Assembly: GCA_003152105.1 (NCBI GenBank)
Contig: PLZJ01000002.1
Span: 6,188-70,187, forward strand
DNA from: Candidatus Levyibacteriota bacterium
GTDB taxonomy: Bacteria > Patescibacteriota > Microgenomatia > Levybacterales > UBA12049
Length of the DNA stretch: 64,000 nucleotides
Direction of reading: 5' to 3'
Shown here: piece after piece, positions 1-11,918 of the stretch
How positions within the stretch are numbered: the first letter of the stretch is position 1
Layout of the letters: the number at the start of each line of letters is the position of its first letter
The notes under the pieces: generated by a model
The model's database searches: none
Told to the model about the DNA's origin: nothing
Seen by the model: the letters and a program-made list of their open reading frames with translations, nothing else
Position numbers and translations under genes: made by a program

Positions 1-1546
<1,546 letters not shown>

Positions 1547-1677
1547 ATTTTAAGTCCGTTATATTTAGTGAATTTCAGATAAATCGTAAAATACCTATTG
1601 ACAAAACATGTATCAGTTTGTTACGTTGTATACAGAGTTTAATTTAATTTGATTAACAAATATATACTCTTGAAGCT

Positions 1678-1893
1678 ATGTCTGATCAAAATCTATCAAT
1701 CAATAACCTTCCAGATCTTTTAACAGTTCGCGAAGTTGCTGAAATTTTACGTGTTTCTCCTTTAACTATTAAACGATGGGGCAAAAGAGGAAAACTTCCT
1801 GCAATTAGAATTAATTCTAGAGGCGACAGAAGATACAAAAAAGAAGCTGTACTGTGGCTACTTGGTATTCAGCAAAAAAGCGAAGATATCTAA
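1678..1893 (+). CDS. Small helix-turn-helix DNA-binding protein (excisionase/MerR-like HTH)
   Basis: 'LLTVREVAEILRVSPLTIKRWGKRGKLPAIRI' is a typical excisionase-family HTH. 71 aa. Confidence 0.55.
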   Translation: MSDQNLSINNLPDLLTVREVAEILRVSPLTIKRWGKRGKLPAIRINSRGDRRYKKEAVLWLLGIQQKSEDI

Positions 1894-1919
1894 ACTCCTT
1901 TGATAGAAAAATTTTCTAA

Positions 1920-2846
1920 CTATAAACTCTTGTGATAACGTGCCTTATACGCCTCTTGAATGGGCTCGTTTTCATTTTTATTAAAATGAAGTTTTATAAA
2001 TTCTAATGTTTCTTCTGGATCTTGGGTATTAATATACATATTTGTTCCGATTTCAAATCCACCAAGCGATTTTACTCTTGGTATAATTCTCACATACCAA
2101 TCAGCACCCGGATAAATATAAAAATTGTATGGAAATTCATCTCCATGCCTTTCATCTAATAGTCGCAATGTACGCTTCATAATATAAGCTAATTGCTTTC
2201 TTTCCTCCTCAGAAGATTGTCCAAAAGTTTTACCTCTATTTTGAGGCACAATCCAAACCTCATCAGGCCACTGACTCATAATTGGACATGATATGAAAAA
2301 GTCTTTAATAATAAACGGCTTTAGCTCATTTTGTTGTGTACCATTGATATCCTGGGTTTTTGGAAATAAAGAACTTGAAGTGAATATTTCTAGACGAGGG
2401 ATATCAATTTGTACTTGATCAGGAACTACAACTAGCTGTGTGTGTGGATGAGGCAAGCTCTCTCCTCCATCAATCCCATGATTATTAAAAATATACACCT
2501 GGCCGTAATATTGATTCATATTATATCTATTATGATATGTTTCAATAATAAGCTCTGCTTGCTTAAGCGGTAGCTCATCAAAACTCTTATGGTGATCTTG
2601 AGAATGTACTATTACCTCGTGATTTGGAGCAAATGGAAATTTATTTCTTAATACCCTAACATTCCATTCATCATCTGGATATTTTCCTCCAATTCGGAAT
2701 AATTCTTCTTCATCATTCTCTCTACCAGGACAAAACGGACATTCAATATGTAGGTTAATAGTCTCATTTGGACGCTTAGCTCTTCGTGGCGCTAGTATAA
2801 TCCATGTTTTGGTAAAGGCGTATTTTAGAAAATGGTAGTCGGGCAT
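1920..2846 (-). CDS. GalT-like HIT-family nucleotidyltransferase (galactose-1-phosphate uridylyltransferase-like)
   Basis: N-terminal CPFCPG Zn/Cys motif and the HPHTQ His-x-His-x-Gln nucleotidyl-transfer motif (GalT has HPHGQ). Confidence 0.55.
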   Translation of the reverse strand: MPDYHFLKYAFTKTWIILAPRRAKRPNETINLHIECPFCPGRENDEEELFRIGGKYPDDEWNVRVLRNKFPFAPNHEVIVHSQDHHKSFDELPLKQAELIIETYHNRYNMNQYYGQVYIFNNHGIDGGESLPHPHTQLVVVPDQVQIDIPRLEIFTSSSLFPKTQDINGTQQNELKPFIIKDFFISCPIMSQWPDEVWIVPQNRGKTFGQSSEEERKQLAYIMKRTLRLLDERHGDEFPYNFYIYPGADWYVRIIPRVKSLGGFEIGTNMYINTQDPEETLEFIKLHFNKNENEPIQEAYKARYHKSL

Positions 2847-2881
2847 ATATTAATTAAAGATTATTGAGATATAAAAAGCAA

Positions 2882-3610
2882 TTAATGAGCAAATCGTTCC
2901 TTTAAGACTAAAACAATAAATTTAAGTAAAGCTAATTGCCTCTTTATTCGCCAAGGTTCCTTTATTAACCTAAAAAGCCATTCAAATCCAAAAAATCTTA
3001 TGAAAAATGGGGCTCTTTTAATTGTTCCTGAATAGTAGTCAAAGGAACCCCCTACCGAAATACCAATCTTAACTGGTATTTCATTAATGTGATTGGAAAT
3101 CCATTCCTCTTGCTTAGGAAACCCATATGCTACAAACAATATGTCAATCTTTTTATTGTTTTCACTAAGCTTTAGTACGCTAGTATGATCAGGATTATCT
3201 CCGGAAGAAAAAACGATTTTTAAGGACGGATACATTCCTTTTAAGCGCTTGGCTGTTAATTCTGCTACGTTTCCTCGACCTCCTAAAAAGCCTACTGTTA
3301 TAGGCTTTTCTGCAACAGCATTACATAGGCTTTTCACAAAATCTACGCCGGTGATGCGTTGTTTTAAGGGTTTTCCCAAAATCATGCCTGCATAAAGTAA
3401 GCCGACTCCATCATTAAGGTTAATATCAGCATGATTTAGTATTTTTTTAAACTCTTGGTGTTCATGTGCATATACCAAAATTTCAGGATTTGGAGTAAAT
3501 ATTTTGCATTTAAAATTTGGTTTCTTTATATTTAAGAGTAAATACTCTAGGATATCACTTTCGTTAGCGTCTGAAATCTTAACTCCTAATATGGTTTTTG
3601 TGTCTAACAT
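2882..3610 (-). CDS. WecB/TagA/CpsF-family glycosyltransferase
   Basis: C-terminal 'GISVGGSFDYYSG...RAP..FGFEWLFRLIKEPWRIKRQ' matches the family signature (GVGGSFD...EW.YRL..EP.R). Confidence 0.8.
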   Translation of the reverse strand: MLDTKTILGVKISDANESDILEYLLLNIKKPNFKCKIFTPNPEILVYAHEHQEFKKILNHADINLNDGVGLLYAGMILGKPLKQRITGVDFVKSLCNAVAEKPITVGFLGGRGNVAELTAKRLKGMYPSLKIVFSSGDNPDHTSVLKLSENNKKIDILFVAYGFPKQEEWISNHINEIPVKIGISVGGSFDYYSGTIKRAPFFIRFFGFEWLFRLIKEPWRIKRQLALLKFIVLVLKERFAH

Positions 3611-3836
3611 ATTAAATTGCTATAAGATATAATGAATTGAATACTATTTAATTTAATTAAGCAATCGTTCATTTTATGTATCCAGTTTTATAACTTATAT
3701 TTCAGCCTGCATGCGTAAATAATTGTAAATTATTTGTTATATCTAATCTTAGTACTATAATATTCTATATTTAATTGTCTTAAATGCTTTATTATTTCCC
3801 ATTGCATCTTATACACCAATATAAATTTTCTATAGG

Positions 3837-4901
3837 CTATTTCTTAGCAATACTGCGTTTGTATAATTCTATGTTTTCCAAAGCTACTCCTGTGCCTCTA
3901 GCAACGCATAATAATGCATCTTCAGCAATAAAACAAGGAACTCCTGTTTCGTGGGTCATAAGCTTATCAAAATTATTTAATAAGGATGTACCACCTGACA
4001 TTACAATTCCCTTATCTATTATATCTGCTGCTAATTCAGGAGGTGTTAATTCAAGCACACCCTTTACCCCCTTAACCACTTGTAATATTACCGGCATTAT
4101 CGCCTCATTGATGTCAATTTCCGTTAATTCTATCGTCCGAGGCAATCCAGAAATATTATCTCTTCCTCTTATTTCAATTCTTTTTACTCCTTCTCCGCCT
4201 TTGAGTATTTTTTTCTTCTCTTCTTCTGTTAAATACGCATTTCCCAATTCAATCTTAATTTCTTCAGCTGTTCTTTCACCGACTAACAAGTTATATTTCT
4301 TTTTCAAATAATTAGCTATGGCTTCATCTATCTTATTGCCCGCCACTCTAACACTATTATGAACTACAACCCCACCAAGCGAAATAACAGCAGCTTCAGT
4401 AGATCCTCCTCCTATATCAACCACCATATGACCCGCAGCCTGAGCAATTGGAATTTTAGCTCCTATCGCAGCAGCAAGGGGTTCTTCAATTAAATATGCT
4501 ACTTTTGCACCAGCTGCCATAGTAGCATCGAGTACTGCTCTCCTTTCTACTTGCGTAACTCCTGAAGGAATACAAACCATTACTTCTGGTTTTAAAAATC
4601 TTGATGACCCTATTGCTTTATCAATAAAATATGAAAGCATTGCTTCAGTGATCGTGTAGTCAGCTATAACACCATCCTTAAGGGGTCTCTGTGCTACTAT
4701 ATTACCTGGAGTTCTACCTAACATTTCCTTAGCTTCTTTTCCAACTGCTACTACTCGATTTTCCTCTGCAGTTACTGCAACAACGGTAGGTTCATTAAGA
4801 ACAATTCCTTCACCTGCAACATATACCAAAGTATTTGCTGTCCCAAGATCTATTCCTATACTCTTACTAGACCTACTAGAAAAGAAATTACTTAAATTCA
4901 T
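3837..4901 (-). CDS. mreB: Rod shape-determining actin-like protein MreB
   Basis: 'IGIDLGTANTLVYV...', 'VVDIGGGSTEAAVISLGGVV' and 'VMSGGTSLL' are classic actin-fold/MreB motifs. The antisense ORF at 3784..4311 is spurious. Confidence 0.95.
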   Translation of the reverse strand: MNLSNFFSSRSSKSIGIDLGTANTLVYVAGEGIVLNEPTVVAVTAEENRVVAVGKEAKEMLGRTPGNIVAQRPLKDGVIADYTITEAMLSYFIDKAIGSSRFLKPEVMVCIPSGVTQVERRAVLDATMAAGAKVAYLIEEPLAAAIGAKIPIAQAAGHMVVDIGGGSTEAAVISLGGVVVHNSVRVAGNKIDEAIANYLKKKYNLLVGERTAEEIKIELGNAYLTEEEKKKILKGGEGVKRIEIRGRDNISGLPRTIELTEIDINEAIMPVILQVVKGVKGVLELTPPELAADIIDKGIVMSGGTSLLNNFDKLMTHETGVPCFIAEDALLCVARGTGVALENIELYKRSIAKK

Positions 4902-5029
4902 AGAATAACTATATCATTATATATACTTTCTGTATCATTTTTACATCTAGGCTCTAATTGGATTATAAAGTGCGCTCTAATTTGTTGCAAGTCCTAATGT
5001 AAGTGTTATAATAACGGTTATAGCAGCTT

Positions 5030-6241
5030 ATGAAGATTCAAAAACAATTATTATACCCAATCTTGATTGGAATATTTCTAATAATAGGTACAACTATAGT
5101 AATATTCTATGCTAAAGGGTATAGATTCGGGTTAGATAAAGGACAGCCATCATTTGGAATAACTGGACAACTAGTTTTAAAGAGTGAGCCTGATAGCGCA
5201 CAAGTATTTATTAACGGACATTTAACTACGGCTACAAATAATACGCTTGATTTAACTCCAGGAACCTACGATATTAAAATTGTAAAGGACGGTTATTTCC
5301 CTTGGGAAAAAAACTTAAAAATAGATAAGGAAGTTGTAACTTCTGTAGATGCTCGCTTATTTCCAAATTCTCCTACATCACTTGATGCAATTACACAATT
5401 AGGGGCTTTAGATCCCATACTTGACCCAAGTCAAACAAAAATTGCTTATATAGTTGCTTCTCAATCAGCAAAACTAAATGGCATATACGTATTAGATATA
5501 AGTAGCAGACCACTACTTACATTAGTAAGCGGATCAAATCAATTAGTTGATGACACAATCACTCCTTTTTCACAAGCAAAGATTCAATGGTCTCCTGATG
5601 GGAAAAATATATTAGCTACCCTATCAAATCAAAATTCAGGCTCAACCTCGTACCTTTTAGACGCATCAACAAGCAACCAAACACCACAAGATGTAACTGA
5701 GACACTAGGAACATTGGAAAGTCAGTGGGCAACGTTTTCACAAGTCCAAGACACTGCATTATTTAATGGGTTACGTAGTCCGTTAAGAAGTTTTGTATTG
5801 AAAAATTTACACGTTCTTGAATGGTCATCTGATGAGACAAAAATTTTATATCAAGCATCTTCATCTGCTAACTTCCCGTTCATTCGCGAACCAAGACTAA
5901 TTGGACTTAACTCTACGCCAGAATCTAGACAATTACAAAAGAGTTCCTATTATGTCTATGACATTAAAAACGATCAAAATTTTCTTATACCATTAGATAC
6001 TCCTAACTCTGAAGAATTATATTTAAAATGGTTCCCTGATTCAGATCATTTGATCTATGTTCACAACAAAAAGGTGGATGTAATGGAATATGATGGAACC
6101 AATTTGACAACGATATATGCTGGCCCATTCATCAACCATTATGTCTTTACTGCAGTTGATGACACCTCAAAAATCATTATTTCAACTGATTTTGGAAATT
6201 CTAATACTCCGCCAAATTTATATTCAATTAGTCTTCAATAA
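5030..6241 (+). CDS. Membrane-anchored PEGA-domain protein with PD40/TolB-like beta-propeller repeats
   Basis: N-terminal TM, then a PEGA-like segment (SAQVFINGHLTT...GTYDIKIVKDGYFPWEK). Repeats WSPDGK, WSSDETKILY and WFPDSDHLIYV resemble PD40 blades. Confidence 0.5.
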   Translation: MKIQKQLLYPILIGIFLIIGTTIVIFYAKGYRFGLDKGQPSFGITGQLVLKSEPDSAQVFINGHLTTATNNTLDLTPGTYDIKIVKDGYFPWEKNLKIDKEVVTSVDARLFPNSPTSLDAITQLGALDPILDPSQTKIAYIVASQSAKLNGIYVLDISSRPLLTLVSGSNQLVDDTITPFSQAKIQWSPDGKNILATLSNQNSGSTSYLLDASTSNQTPQDVTETLGTLESQWATFSQVQDTALFNGLRSPLRSFVLKNLHVLEWSSDETKILYQASSSANFPFIREPRLIGLNSTPESRQLQKSSYYVYDIKNDQNFLIPLDTPNSEELYLKWFPDSDHLIYVHNKKVDVMEYDGTNLTTIYAGPFINHYVFTAVDDTSKIIISTDFGNSNTPPNLYSISLQ

Positions 6242-6966
6242 GCTAAAGAGGTTAATCGTTTTGGTTTTGCTATTACCAAAAGTCTTTCAAGAGTAGTTCC
6301 AGGTGGCCAGCAAGTTTGCAGTATAAGTTGTTCGCTCCCTACATGAGGATCATTTACGTGTAATGTTTTTTGGGCATTTGTAATATAACTCGTATCATCT
6401 GGATTAACAATTTTAGAATCATCAACTATGTAATCATAACGTATTCCTTGGTAGTACACTACAATATCGTCTCCTTTTGATAAGTCTTTAAGTAAGTAGA
6501 ATACTGCATTATATCTACCTACGTCCCAAAAATTATCGGTTGAATGCGCAAATAAATAAATTGTGCCATTCATACCTGGAAAAACAGTACCTTTTGCATG
6601 AGCTACTCCTTGTTGTAAGATTGGTAAAAATATCGATGGATTAGTAGGATCTACATTTGGAAATATTTTTGCATTTGCTCCTATTTTGGGGATTACTATT
6701 CCAAAACTCGTATCTTTAGGTACAAGTAACTGAACATCGGAATTAGTAGTTAAATCTGTTCGCTGACTTACTGTAGGTATTGTACTTGTAGATGATGGTG
6801 TCTCAGCTATTACATAGTGTATTCCTCTAGCTTGATCTATTCTAAATTGAGCTTCATAATAAAGAGCTGGACCAAATGTTGCTCCCACCCCAAATAGCGC
6901 AAACAAAAGAAGAAAATTTCCAATAGTTCTTAGTACAATATATTTTATGACCTCATTTCTGTTCAC
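6235..6966 (-). CDS. Sortase-family transpeptidase
   Basis: N-terminal TM. Conserved His (LFAHSTD), catalytic 'LILQTC' (the TLxTC sortase signature) and a downstream Arg (LERLL). Confidence 0.75.
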   Translation of the reverse strand: MNRNEVIKYIVLRTIGNFLLLFALFGVGATFGPALYYEAQFRIDQARGIHYVIAETPSSTSTIPTVSQRTDLTTNSDVQLLVPKDTSFGIVIPKIGANAKIFPNVDPTNPSIFLPILQQGVAHAKGTVFPGMNGTIYLFAHSTDNFWDVGRYNAVFYLLKDLSKGDDIVVYYQGIRYDYIVDDSKIVNPDDTSYITNAQKTLHVNDPHVGSEQLILQTCWPPGTTLERLLVIAKPKRLTSLAY

Positions 6967-7000
6967 TTCGAAAAGTATAACAGAAACATAGTAGTTTTAG

Positions 7001-7072
7001 CATCCCTGAGCGGATTCGAACCGCTATCAATCCCTTAGGACGGGACTACTCTATCCATTGAGCTACAGGGAT
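7001..7072 (-). tRNA. tRNA-Arg (anticodon CCU)
   Basis: Reverse complement folds as a cloverleaf. Acceptor ATCCCTG/CAGGGAT, D-loop AATGGATA, anticodon stem GTCCC/GGGAT with loop GTCCTAA (CCT), T-arm AGCGG-TTCGAAT-CCGCT, discriminator G. 72 nt, CCA not encoded. Confidence 0.75.
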
Positions 7073-7186
7073 ATAATAATTGTATTTTAACACAACTATT
7101 ATAATAATTAGCTTATGTTAAAAATATATTGGTCGTAAAAGTTATCTTTACTTTTCGAAATTACTAAGGTACAATACTCAAATCGT

Positions 7187-7834
7187 ATGAAACAACTAGG
7201 CCTTTGGACTGGAATAATTATTATAATAATTATAGTAATAGTAGGTTTAATTAAGCTTTCTAATTCAGCGAATTTCACATCATCAACGGGAAACTCATCT
7301 ATCCCTCCTCTCACTTCACAAGATCAAGAATTTGGAAATCCTAAAGCTAAAGTACAGTTAGTTGAATATGCAGATTTTCAATGTCCAGCATGTCTTGCTG
7401 AGTATCCAGAACTAAAGAAATTTATGAACGATTATAAAGACAAAGTACTAGTAGTGTATCGCTATTTTCCTTTGACTCAAGTACATCAAAATGCAATGGT
7501 GGCTGCACAAGCAGCATATGCAGCATCAAAGCAAGGTAAATTTTGGCAAATGCATGATAAGCTATTTGATACGCAATCTGATTGGGCTGACAGTACTAAT
7601 GCTCCAAGTATATTTGATACTTATGCGAAATCTTTAGGATTAAATATTAATGAATTTAAGAAAGATCAAAATGATACAAATGGTATAAACCTAATTAATC
7701 AAGAAGAAAATGCAGGGGTAAATGCAGGGGTAAATGCGACACCAACTTTGTTCTTAAATGGTAAGATGATAAATTCGAATCATCCTTTAAGTTATGACGA
7801 ATTAAAAAGCGTAGTAAATCCTCTTTTAAATTAG
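7187..7834 (+). CDS. Membrane-anchored thioredoxin-fold thiol:disulfide oxidoreductase (DsbA/BdbD-like)
   Basis: Poly-Ile TM anchor. 'YADFQCPACLAEYPE' CxxC active site in DsbA-like context. Confidence 0.7.
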   Translation: MKQLGLWTGIIIIIIIVIVGLIKLSNSANFTSSTGNSSIPPLTSQDQEFGNPKAKVQLVEYADFQCPACLAEYPELKKFMNDYKDKVLVVYRYFPLTQVHQNAMVAAQAAYAASKQGKFWQMHDKLFDTQSDWADSTNAPSIFDTYAKSLGLNINEFKKDQNDTNGINLINQEENAGVNAGVNATPTLFLNGKMINSNHPLSYDELKSVVNPLLN

Positions 7835-7873
7835 TGGTATTAAATATATCAGAACGCTAAGCAATAGTGCTTA

Positions 7874-8338
7874 TTACTTCAATTCTTCTTCGAGGTATAC
7901 ATGCTTTAAGTCTGTTTTTTCCCACTTAAAAATATCGTTTACTGTAAAAATTAGGTCTCTTTCTTTATTTGCAATTGACACACTTTCTGAAGCATGTATC
8001 AAATTGTACTGCTGACTCATTGCAAAATCCCCACGAATAGTACCAGGTTCGGCATCTCGTGCTTTTGTAATACCAATCATTTTACGTACCGTAGCAACCA
8101 CTTCCACACCCTCGAGCAATATCGCAACAACAGGATAAGACATCATATAACCTTTTAAACTTGAGAAGAATGGTTTATCTTTATGATGAACATACCACTC
8201 ATCTAATATCGCGTCATCAAGAGAAATCATTTTAAGTCCAACTATATGTAGACCTTTTTGTTCAAAACGTCTTAATATATCCCCTACAAGACCTCTCTGT
8301 ACGCCATCTGGCTTTACTAATACTATTGTTTGTTCCAT
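7874..8338 (-). CDS. ndk: Nucleoside diphosphate kinase
   Basis: 'TIVLVKPDGVQRGLVGDILRRFEQKG', 'GTIRGDF' and 'NLIHASES' include the NDK active-site His context. Confidence 0.95.
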   Translation of the reverse strand: MEQTIVLVKPDGVQRGLVGDILRRFEQKGLHIVGLKMISLDDAILDEWYVHHKDKPFFSSLKGYMMSYPVVAILLEGVEVVATVRKMIGITKARDAEPGTIRGDFAMSQQYNLIHASESVSIANKERDLIFTVNDIFKWEKTDLKHVYLEEELK

Positions 8339-8362
8339 AAAATGTCCTTTAATTATTATATC

Positions 8363-9628
8363 CTATTCCAATAACTTTAGAAACCTATTTTTATCGTCAA
8401 AATTTCCAATTATTGCAAGACTTAAAGGTAAGGAGAGAAATTCATTTGCCGATGAAAATATGTCTTCTGCGCTTACAGAATCTAGCTTTTCGATAACTTC
8501 TTCTGGACTAACTACTTCTTTTTCTAATAATTCTTGGTGAGCATAAAAGCCTGCTACTGCTCTACTATCCTCAAGCTCTAAAACTAAATGTCCTTTTAAG
8601 AATTCTTTCGCTTTTGTAATTTCTTCCTTAGTTGGCATTAATTCCTTTTTTATTTTTTGGAACTGTTCACATATTACCTTTATTGCTTCATCAACTCTTT
8701 TAGCGTCAACGCCTGCGGTAGTTACTAAACTGCCTGCATCTTGATAATGATCAGAACTGGTTCTAACATAATATGCTAGTCCTCTTTTTTCCCTAACTTC
8801 ATGGAATAATCTTGAACTCATTCCTCCGCCCAATATTGCCGCAAGTATTGACAATGGGTATCGCTTAGCATTTTCGAGTGGTACCGTTCTAACCCCTAAA
8901 GCAATATGAACCTGTTCGGTTACTTTTTGCTTAATTAATACTTCAGCTTTGGTTTGATCCTCTTGTAACTTTACGTATGCAGGCGTAGAGAACTGCTTCA
9001 TGTCTCCAAAATATTTCTCTACTTGCTCTTCAGTTTTTTTTGCATCTATTCCTCCAGCTACAACAACAGTCATATTTGATGAACTATAGAATGTATTCAT
9101 ATAGCTTAGAAAGTCATCTCTATTAATTTTTTGAATTATATCTTTTCTTCCAGCTATATCCCAACCCATTGGTGTATTGCCGTATAAAAGTTGTTCATAT
9201 ATATCGCCTATTTTACGCATTGGTGTATCTTCATACATATTAATCTCTTCGATAATGACACCTTTCTCTTTATCAATTTCAGTCTGATCTAATTTTGAAT
9301 TTTTTAACATATCTGAAAGAATATCGAGAGTTAACTCCGTATGGTCAATAGAAGATTTCACATAATATCCTGTAATCTCCTTGCTAGTAAATGCATTAAA
9401 TTCTCCACCAATTCCATCTATTAAACTTGCTATATCCATAGCAGAAGGTCTCTTTTGCGTACCCTTAAACGCCATATGTTCTAAGAAATGTGAAATACCA
9501 TTATTTTGAAGTGTTTCGTATCTACTGCCTGCACCAACCATTACTAACACTGTGGCACTATTGAATGAGGACATTGGTATGGTTAGTAAACGAAGGCCAT
9601 TTGATAATACGGATTTTTGGAATTGCAT
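8363..9628 (-). CDS. M16-family (pitrilysin/insulinase-like) zinc peptidase
   Basis: Inverted zinc motif HFLEHMAFKGT (HxxEH). ~420 aa two-domain size. Confidence 0.8.
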   Translation of the reverse strand: MQFQKSVLSNGLRLLTIPMSSFNSATVLVMVGAGSRYETLQNNGISHFLEHMAFKGTQKRPSAMDIASLIDGIGGEFNAFTSKEITGYYVKSSIDHTELTLDILSDMLKNSKLDQTEIDKEKGVIIEEINMYEDTPMRKIGDIYEQLLYGNTPMGWDIAGRKDIIQKINRDDFLSYMNTFYSSSNMTVVVAGGIDAKKTEEQVEKYFGDMKQFSTPAYVKLQEDQTKAEVLIKQKVTEQVHIALGVRTVPLENAKRYPLSILAAILGGGMSSRLFHEVREKRGLAYYVRTSSDHYQDAGSLVTTAGVDAKRVDEAIKVICEQFQKIKKELMPTKEEITKAKEFLKGHLVLELEDSRAVAGFYAHQELLEKEVVSPEEVIEKLDSVSAEDIFSSANEFLSLPLSLAIIGNFDDKNRFLKLLE

Positions 9629-9672
9629 ATCTTAGGATTGTATCAAATTAACATTTTTATTCCTAGTAGTAA

Positions 9673-11424
9673 TCACATTTGAATTGGAGCATCTATACCT
9701 AAAAGATACAAGCCATTTTTAAGCGTCTTACTTACGACATTAGTAAGACATAGTCGAAAACTCGTAACCTCATCATCTTTTGAAATAATTTGATGTTTCT
9801 GATAGAAATGATTAAATAGTTTTGCCAATTGATATAAGTATTCACATATTAAGCTTGTATTTAATTCTTCTGCACATATTCTTACGATTTCTTCATACCA
9901 TAACAAATGTCGTATTACTTCTCTTTCCTCGTGGTTTAACTTATAATTCTTAAAGTTTATAGTTATGTTCTTATCAGATTTCTCAAGTAAGCTGTAGGTT
10001 CTAGCATAGGTGTATTGTAAATATGGACCACTATTCCCCTCCAGGGCAACTGATTTTTCTATATCAAATGCCACATTTTTTCCTGTAGAGACTTTTAAAA
10101 TAGAGTATTTGACTGCACCAAGAGAAATCTGCTGAACAATTGTTCTCCTGACTTTATCTGATATTTTTCCCGCTGTGAAAAGTTCACTTACTTTTTCCTT
10201 TACTTCCTCTATTAGATTATCTATGCTTAGAACATCTCCAGTTCTGGAACTCATTTTTCTTCCTATTAAAGTAACCATACCCATCGAAACATGGAATTGT
10301 TTATCTTTAAATTTTAATGGATCTAGTAGTTCTATGGCCTTGAAAACTACTTGAAAATACCCTTGTTGCTCATTCGCCACTATATGAATTTTTCTGTCAA
10401 AATGAAATGCTTCATATTCTCTATATGCTGTTGCCATTTCTTTCCCTTCATATGTTGGATAGCCCGACTTTGTTATAAATACTCTATTATGTAGTCCGTA
10501 TTTTTCTCCGGGGAAAATATATGTTCCCCCATCGTTTTCAAAAATATTTGGAGAATTCTTTAAAACTATTTCTTTACCGTAATTTACCATCTCAGACTCA
10601 AAAAATAGCTTGTCGAATTGAGTAGAAAATGTGTTATAAATTTCTGAAAAGTATTCTAAACTCCAGTTACGAGTAATTTGATAAAGCGTATCTATGTCTT
10701 TTGACTTTTCATATAATTTTTTATTTATTTCATCAATTTCATTCTTATTCGCTTCATATTCAAAGCTTCCTAATGCATAAGCTCTACCTAAAAATTTAGC
10801 CCTCTTTATACCTGGGTAAGTTTGTATTTCTTCTAAGGTCAACTTTTCCAATTGTAATAATCTTTTAATTCCATATAAAGCCTTGGCAACGTGAGGCCCA
10901 ATGTCGCCCTGATAATTGGCACGGAATACGTTTGCACCAGTAGCTTCAAGAATACGCGAAATAGCCTCACCAGTTATGAGTGTCCTCATGTGACCAATAT
11001 GAAATTCCTTATGAGTATTAGGATGAGCATATTCAACTAATATATTTTCTCCGGAAGTAGATGCCTTGATAATATTAAAGGTAATGCTTGCAGACATAGC
11101 TTCTAAGCAATTTATTAGAAATGTGTCGGTAAAAGTAATGTTAATAAACCCAGGACCTGCTTGTACAACCTCTCTAATATTAGTACTTAGTGATGGATCA
11201 GCTCTTAACTCTTCAACTAATAATGTAGCAATTTCATGCGAAGATTTTTTAGTTTGCTTCGCCATAGTAAGTGCTATATTAGAAACGATATCACCATGAA
11301 GAGAATTTTCTGGGTATGAAAATGTAACCACAATATGGTTATCAGGAATCATGTCATCAATTGTTTTCGTGAAGATATTTTGTAGCTGTTTTTTAATTTC
11401 TTCCATAGGCACATTGTACCACAT
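9673..11424 (-). CDS. argS: Arginine--tRNA ligase
   Basis: Class I 'HIGH' region (AHPNTHKEFHIGHMRT), 'MSSRTG' KMSKS-like motif, C-terminal DALR-type anticodon-binding region. Length 583 aa. Confidence 0.9.
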   Translation of the reverse strand: MWYNVPMEEIKKQLQNIFTKTIDDMIPDNHIVVTFSYPENSLHGDIVSNIALTMAKQTKKSSHEIATLLVEELRADPSLSTNIREVVQAGPGFINITFTDTFLINCLEAMSASITFNIIKASTSGENILVEYAHPNTHKEFHIGHMRTLITGEAISRILEATGANVFRANYQGDIGPHVAKALYGIKRLLQLEKLTLEEIQTYPGIKRAKFLGRAYALGSFEYEANKNEIDEINKKLYEKSKDIDTLYQITRNWSLEYFSEIYNTFSTQFDKLFFESEMVNYGKEIVLKNSPNIFENDGGTYIFPGEKYGLHNRVFITKSGYPTYEGKEMATAYREYEAFHFDRKIHIVANEQQGYFQVVFKAIELLDPLKFKDKQFHVSMGMVTLIGRKMSSRTGDVLSIDNLIEEVKEKVSELFTAGKISDKVRRTIVQQISLGAVKYSILKVSTGKNVAFDIEKSVALEGNSGPYLQYTYARTYSLLEKSDKNITINFKNYKLNHEEREVIRHLLWYEEIVRICAEELNTSLICEYLYQLAKLFNHFYQKHQIISKDDEVTSFRLCLTNVVSKTLKNGLYLLGIDAPIQM

Positions 11425-11475
11425 TTATCCTTTAGTACTTGCATTTTTTAATCATTACTGATACTTTATGGGTAG

Positions 11476-11868
11476 ATGAAGATTTTGATAATTGACGACG
11501 ATCAAGCATTGGCAACAATTTTTGATTCCACACTAAAAACTGCTGGATATCAAGTCGTAACAGCAAGTAATGGCAAGGAAGGAATTGATAAGGCTAGCAC
11601 TGAAAAACCAGATCTTATTCTTCTAGACCAAATCTTGCCTGATATCGCTGGAAATGACGTTTTAAGAACAATAAAAGCAAATCAGAATACTAAAAATATT
11701 GTTATAGCAATGATGTCAAACTACAGTGATGAAAATATCATGAAAAATGCTATTAGCTTAGGCGCTGTAGATTATATTTATAAATATAATATCGAACCAA
11801 ATGATTTAATTAAAAAAGTTCAAGAATTAACAAAGACTACTACAGATTCAAATATTTCAACCAATTAA
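11476..11868 (+). CDS. Response regulator receiver domain protein (CheY-like, no output domain)
   Basis: 'KILIIDDD...LILLDQILPD...' with phospho-acceptor Asp and conserved Lys context. 130 aa. Confidence 0.8.
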   Translation: MKILIIDDDQALATIFDSTLKTAGYQVVTASNGKEGIDKASTEKPDLILLDQILPDIAGNDVLRTIKANQNTKNIVIAMMSNYSDENIMKNAISLGAVDYIYKYNIEPNDLIKKVQELTKTTTDSNISTN

Positions 11869-11918
11869 TCTCATGAACTTCTCTGCCCATTTACTAATAA
11901 GCAACGTATAATAAATTT

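Noticed and set aside
3784-4311. 175-aa ORF on + strand
   Set aside because: Lies entirely antisense to the well-supported mreB gene. Low-complexity translation. Spurious.
11066-11299. 77-aa + strand ORF
   Set aside because: Antisense inside argS. No features.
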